Shown here: piece after piece, positions 58,091-64,000 of the stretch
Numbering within the stretch: the first letter of the stretch is position 1
Layout: each line of letters begins with the position of its first letter
From: Felis catus
Lineage: Eukaryota
Length of the DNA: 64,000 nt
Direction: 5' to 3'
Assembly (NCBI RefSeq): GCF_018350175.1
Contig: NC_058368.1
Span: 87,546,001 to 87,610,000, forward strand
Program-made: the position numbers and the translations under genes
The notes under the pieces: generated by a model
The model's database searches: none
What the model saw: the letters and a program-made list of their open reading frames with translations, nothing else
What the model was told of the DNA's origin: nothing

Positions 58091-60117
58091 TTCCATGTAT
58101 TTAAAAGCTTTCCAATATTTTTCTTGTGGTTGATTTCACATTTAATTGTGTTGTGATCTGAAAATATGCATGGTATATCTTGATATTTATGTACCTTAAT
58201 GGCTGATTTTTGACCCAATATGTGATTTATTCTGGAGAATATTTCATGTGCACTTGAGAACAATGTGTATTCTGTTGCTTTAGGATGAAATGTTCTAAAT
58301 GTTCTGTTAAGTCCATCTGGTCCAGTGTGTAATTCAAAGTCATTGTTTCCTTGTTGATTTTCTGTTTAGATGATCTGACCATTGTTGTAAGTGGAGTATC
58401 AAAGTCTCTTACCATCATGGTATTTCTATCAATGAGTTTCTTTTTGTTTGTAATTAATTGGTTTATATATTTGGGCACTCCAAGTTGAGGGCATAAATAT
58501 TTACAGTTATTAGATCTTCTTGATGAATAGACCCACAATTATTGTATAATGCCCTTCTTCATCTCTTGTTACAGTCTTTTTTTAAAAAAAATCTAGTTTG
58601 TTTGATATAAGTGTGGCTATTCCAGCATTTTTTCCAACATTCCATTTATTCCAGCATTCTCCAATATCATGATAGATGGTTCTCTATCCCTTCACTTTCA
58701 ATATGCAGGTGTATTTAGGTCTAAAATAAGTCTCTTGTAGGCATATAGATGGATCTTGTTTTTTAATCCATTCTGATACCCTAAGTCTTTTGATTGGAGC
58801 AATTTGTCCATTTACATCTAGAATGATTATTGAATAATATGAATTTAGTGCCATTGTATTGCTTGTAGTATGGTAATCCTGGTGATGTTCTCTGATCCTT
58901 TCTAGTCTTTATTGCTTTGGTATTCTTTTTTTTTTTTCTCTCTCTCTCTCTCCTCAGAGATTCCCCCTTAAATTTTCTTGTGGGGCTGTTCAGTGGTATG
59001 AACTCCTTTAGCTTTTGTTTATCTGGGAAACTCTGTCCTTCTATTCTGAATTCCAGCTTTGCTGGATAAAGGATTCTTGGCTCCATATTTTCCCCACTGA
59101 GCACATTGAATATTTCTTGCCACTCTCTCTTGGTTTGCCAAGTTTCAGGGGACAGGTATGCTACTAATCTTATTGCCTGCCGTTTTAGGTTAAGGACATT
59201 TTGTCCCTAGCTGTTTTCAGAATTCTCTTTTTATCATTGTATTTTGCAAGTTTAACTCTGATAGGACTTGGTGTTGACCTGTTTTTGTTGATTTTCAGGG
59301 AAGTTCTCTGTGCCTCGTGGACTTGGATGCCTGTTTCCTTCCCCAGATTGGGGAAGTTCTCCACTATAATTTCTTCAAGTAAACCTTCTGCCCCTTTCTT
59401 TCTCTCTTTTTCTGGGACTCCTATGATATGGATACTGTTTTGTTTAATGTAATCAGTTCCCTAAGTCTTGCCTCGTAATCTAATAATTTCCTTTCCCTCT
59501 TTTTTCAGCTTCAGTATTTTCCATAATTTTATCTTCTATTTCACTTATTCTTTCCTCTGCTTCTTCAAAAATCTATGTCACTGTATCAAGTTTTTTTTTT
59601 TTTGCATCTCAGCTATAGCATTTCTAGTTTCATCATGACTAATTGTTAGGTCTTTGATGTCTGCACCAAGGGTTTCTCTGGCATCTTCTATGCTTTTTTT
59701 CAAACCCAGCTTGTAGTCTTATGAATGTTGTTCTAAGCTCTTATTCATGTATATTGTTTATATATCTATTTTGAGCAAGTCCCTGGCTATGATTTCTTCT
59801 TGAACTTTACTTTGGGAGAATTCCATCCATTTGTCATTTTGACTAAGTTTCTATTTTTTTTTTGTGTGTGTATGTTTTGAACACTCATTGTGTTTCCTGC
59901 ACCTGAGAGTTCTACTATGTTAAAAAGGGGTCATACGCTGTCCAAAACCTGACACTCCAGGAAGTGTTTCTTATGTATGCTGTTTGGACTCTGCTATTGC
60001 ATTTTGGCTGTTTTTTCCTACCAGTCAATTTTATATAGATCTCCCACTTGCTTGCAGTGGTGTAATTTTGGACCTTTAGGTGTGCTTTGGTTTGTTTGTT
60101 GATATAACCCTGGGGAA

Positions 60118-60470
60118 AAAAAAGGAGGGGAATCCCAATCCAAAAAAAAAAAAAAAAAAAGAGAGAGAGAGAGAGAGAGAAAAGAAAAGAAAGGAAAAGA
60201 AAAGAAAAGAAAGAGAGAGAAAGGAAAGGACAAAAAAAAAAAAACTCCAGAAAAGCAAATCTATAATTTTGTTTTCAGAGAAAAAGAAAGGCATAAAAAA
60301 GAAAAAAAGAAAAAAAATAGAAGGGAAGAAAACAAACAAAAAAAAAAAAGAATACAAAAGTCTGAACCAAAAAAAGAGAAAGGGAAATGAAAAAAGAAAA
60401 AAAACAACAGAAACAACAAGCCTGATTCTAGAAGAAAAAGGGAAGGAGAAAGAAACAAAGAGAAAATAAC
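60118..60470. repeat. A/G-rich low-complexity tract within the L1 5' UTR
   Basis: Poly-purine runs. Confidence 0.85.
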
Positions 60471-61634
60471 TGTAGGTTTTATTTTGAAGCCCTGAAATGT
60501 CAGTTCAGTTAGTGCATTGAGAATACTGGCTGTGTTAGTCTTCTGGAGGAGATTCTGATTGCTTTGGCTCAGAGTCAGTCTTGCACCAGTAAATAAGCAG
60601 TTGCCAGGCAAGCGGGAGAAGGGCTTGGTGTAAGCAGGTCCTGCCTCCACTGAGGGTGACTGCCTTACTCTCTGAAGTTCCACCCTGATAGTGTTGGGCA
60701 GAAAATGGTGCCACCCCATCTCTCATCCCTGGACTGGGGATCTCACACCTCTCACAGTTCAGACAGCCATCACAGAATGGGAAGGACAGTCAGCTTGCTC
60801 TGTGCCACAGCTCTTCTGTGTTTTCTTTCTTTGGTATACTGTTGGGATTCAAAACCCAAAGTCTTAAAGTACCCAGCACCACACACATCCACTCCTTTCT
60901 TCTGCAATAGAGCTGCTCCATGCTGTGTGAAGTCCTCTGTTCCTGAGAAACAGTCCCAAACCCACACAGTGTGCAGAATCTATGGTGTAGTGCCACTAAA
61001 AACAGCTAAAGTTATGTTCCCTTTGGGTGCACATTGTCCCCTGCTGATGAAAGGCCTTTGGCTGGCGTCTAAAGAGACTTGTCCTTGGGGAGGCAATATA
61101 CCCTCTTCCTGAAGTACTCCATCCAAGAAGGGGACTGTTCTCTCCCAGTGTTCCCTAGAGATCCCTATACCAACCTATGTACTCCGGGGCTAGGTCCCTC
61201 CTCCCCAGGAGAATGTGCCACAGCTCCACTCTTGAGAAAATTGCACAAAACCAAGAGTTTGAGGTCTAGACACTTAATAAAAGAACTGGGACACTGGTCC
61301 AGAGAGGTTTTCCTCTTGTGCTAACTCAATGCTGCATTTTCTCAACCCCTTTTTCATTCTCTCCCCTTTGCCTCTCCACGTAAGGAGTTCCCTCCTTTCT
61401 ACACGATGGCCACTTTTTCTCTACCCCCGTACACCCTACCCCGTACACCTCGCACCTGTCAAACTGTGTCCTTCCAATTATGGAGATCTTTCTGAATCTA
61501 CAGGTTGATTTCCGGGGTATTCCAAGTGATCTGATCTCAGTACAGCTGTGTTTGAGGGGTGAAGAAAGTTGAGGGTCCCCCTACAGATGGAGGGGTGGTG
61601 GAGGGTCCCTCACCATCTTAACTCCTCTTCCTAG

Positions 61635-62310
61635 ACCATTGTGTTTTTATTTTCATTTGTCTCTATATATTTTTAAAATTTACTCTTTGCTTTTTGGCTG
61701 ACCCATTCATTGTTTAGCAGAATGTTATTTAGCCTCTAGATATTTGTGTTCTTTTGAATTTTGTTCTTGTGACTGATTACTGGTTTCATACAGTTGTGGT
61801 TGGAAAAGATGCTTGATATTATTTTAATTTTTTGAGTATGTTGAGACTTGCTTTGTGCCCTGATATTTGCTCTGTTCTGGACAATGTTTCACGTGCACTT
61901 GCATAAAATATTTATTCTGTATTTTTTTTCTATGTAATGTTCTCAATATGTTTGTTATGTCCATCTGGTGCAGTGAAAGACATTGTTGAAAAACAGTTTC
62001 TTTGTTGATTTTCCGTCTGGATGATACATACATTGATGTATGTATTAATACTGCCGTATTAAAAGCCCTACTATTATTGTATTATTGTCGGTCTCTTGTT
62101 TCACTTGCTTCCCATATTTGGCTGCTCCCTTTTGAGTGCATCAGTATTTATCATTATATCCTCTTGCTCAGCCATTTACTTTATCATTATGTAGTGTTCT
62201 TCTTTGTCTCTTGCAACAGTGTGTGTTTTAAAGTATGCTTTGTCTGATATAAGTATTCCTCCTCCAGATTTCTTTTAGCTTCCATTCTCCTGGAGCATCT
62301 TTTCATATAC
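61635..62310 (-). mobile_element. Old L1 ORF2 endonuclease-region fragment
   Basis: SSRRKINKET..HQMDITNILRTLH. Confidence 0.7.
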
Positions 62311-62364
62311 CTGCTTGCCATGTGGACATTTTCTTTTGAAAATTATTTATTCATGTTTGTTGCA

Positions 62365-62492
62365 CATTTAAAAAATGTTTATTTGTTTATTTGGAGAGAG
62401 AGAGAATCCCAAACAGCCTCCCTGAGTCAGTGCAGAGCCAGATGCAGGGCTTGACTTCTTAAATGCTTGATCAACTGAGCCCCAGGTGCCCC
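62365..62492 (-). mobile_element. Degenerate Can-SINE
   Basis: CAACTGAGCCCCAGGTGCCCC head, deleted body. Confidence 0.7.
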
Positions 62493-62779
62493 ATTTCTTG
62501 CCCATTTTTAATCATTTTTATATCTATCTATCTATCTATCTATCCATCAACTTCTGTGTATCATGTATCTATCTACTGGTCTTTTTGTTTATTTATTTTT
62601 TGTTTTGTTTTGTTCTGTTTTTCTATGAAGGGAGCTCTCAGATTTCTAAGCATTCAAGGAAGTCACCTGAATCTGAACAATTCCATCTCTGTCCACGAGG
62701 TGGCAATAAGCATTTCTCTCTCAAGCCCATTTCTTTTTGTTTTTGTTTTTGTATAAATATTTTAAAATATTTTCTCAAA

Positions 62780-63825
62780 CACTACTTTTTTAAGTTTTTG
62801 TCTTAATTCCAGTTAGTTAAAATACAGTGTTATATTACTTTCAGGTGTACAGTATAGTGATTCCACAATTTTATACATCAACCTATGTTCATCACAAGTG
62901 CATTTCTTAGTCCTTATCACTTATTTAACAAAATCTCAACCCCCCTTCTGTGAACCGTCAGTTTGTTTTGTATCATTAAAAGTCTATTTATTGGTTTGTA
63001 TAATTCCTTCTTCCTTTGTTTTTTTGTTTTGATTCTTAAATTCCACATATGAGTGAAATCATATGGTATTTGTCTTCCTCTGAGTTACTTATTTTGCTTA
63101 GCTTTATACCCTCTACCTCCATCCATGTCATTGCAAATGGCAAGATTTCATTCATTTTTAAGGATGAATAATATTCCATTATGTGTGTGTATATACATAT
63201 AAACATATGGCATATATATGTGTGTATGATGTATAAACACAGATATATATGGCACATCTTTTTTTTAAATTTAGTGATTCATCACTTATACATAACACCC
63301 AGTGCACATCATAACAAGGATAACACAGCTTCTTTATCTACTGACCAACTAATGGATACTTGGGTACCACTGCTTCTTTACCTACTGTTCAACTGATGGA
63401 TACTTAGGCTTTTCCATATTTTGAGTACATAAAAATGCTGCCATAAAAATAGGAGTGCATGTATCCCTTTGAATGAGTGTTTTCGTATTCTTTTGGTAAA
63501 TTCCAAGTAGTGTGATTGCTGGATTATAGGGTAGTTCTGTTTTTAACTTTTTAAGGAACCTCCATACTGTTTGCCAAAGTTGCTGCACCACCTTGCATTC
63601 TCAAAAACAGTGCATGAGGGCTCATTTTTCTATACAACCTCACAACACCTGTTGTTTCTTCTGTTGTTGAATTAAGCCATTCTGAAAGGTGTGAGGTGAT
63701 ATCTCATTGTAGTTTTGATTTGCAGTTCCCAGATGCTAAGTGATGATAAGCATCATTTCATGTGCTGTTGGCCATCTGCATGTCTTCTTTGGGGAAATAT
63801 CTATTCATTTCTTCTGCCAATATTT
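62780..63825 (-). mobile_element. L1 3' end
   Basis: [32 protein letters not shown] and 3' UTR. Confidence 0.85.
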
Positions 63826-64000
63826 GTTTAACAAAAAAAGTTTACATATTTATTTTGATAGAGATTGAGCAAGTGAATGGGAAGGGCAGAGAGAGGAGAG
63901 ATAGAGAATCCCAAGCAGCTCTGCACTATCAGCATGGAGATCAATCTTAAAAACAATGAAATCATGACTTGAGCTGAAATCAAGGGTCAGTCACGTAATC
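63826..64000 (-). mobile_element. Can-SINE (runs off the window)
   Basis: GAATCCCAAGCAG...ATCATGACTTGAGCTGAAATCAAG. Confidence 0.75.

Larger units (their letters stand above)
54085..61630 (-). mobile_element. Apparently chimeric full-length L1 (L1#5): young-type 3' part (~54085-56480) joined to older-type ORF2/ORF1/5' UTR
   Basis: Continuous ORF2 colinearity with a change of diagnostic residues near 56480-56560; 5' start GAGGAGTTAAGATGG near 61625. Confidence 0.75.

Noticed and set aside
60076..60719. Lys-rich and Phe-rich ORFs (also 7693-7953)
   Set aside because: Low-complexity purine tracts

Overview
Eukaryotic (mammalian, carnivore, most likely felid judging from the young SINEC_Fc-type Can-SINEs) genomic DNA, nearly all of it repeats. 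One intact single-exon class II olfactory receptor gene (OR2 family, 38773-39720, +) lies in a ~7 kb island of mostly unique sequence. To the left is a nested stack of plus-strand LINE-1s; to the right are minus-strand LINE-1s. A complete but decayed betaretrovirus-like provirus resembling HERV-K(HML-2) (8109-16275, minus strand; LTR-gag-dUTPase/pro-pol-env-LTR, 6-bp TSD) sits inside L1 ORF2. Also present: a class I ERV env/LTR remnant, solo LTRs, about 20 Can-SINEs, a G-rich 21-22 bp minisatellite and microsatellites. The most interesting signal is that the provirus keeps the splice donor, splice acceptor and open second coding exon of a Rec-like (Rev/Rem-type) accessory gene, which suggests a complex retrovirus lineage in carnivores. 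Other notable signals: a PBS turned into a perfect hairpin, an exact central copy of the PPT, shared frameshifts between two inverted L1s (likely gene conversion), and a 137-bp templated copy of OR-flank DNA inside an L1. All alignments and identities were done by eye, and repeat family names are approximate.
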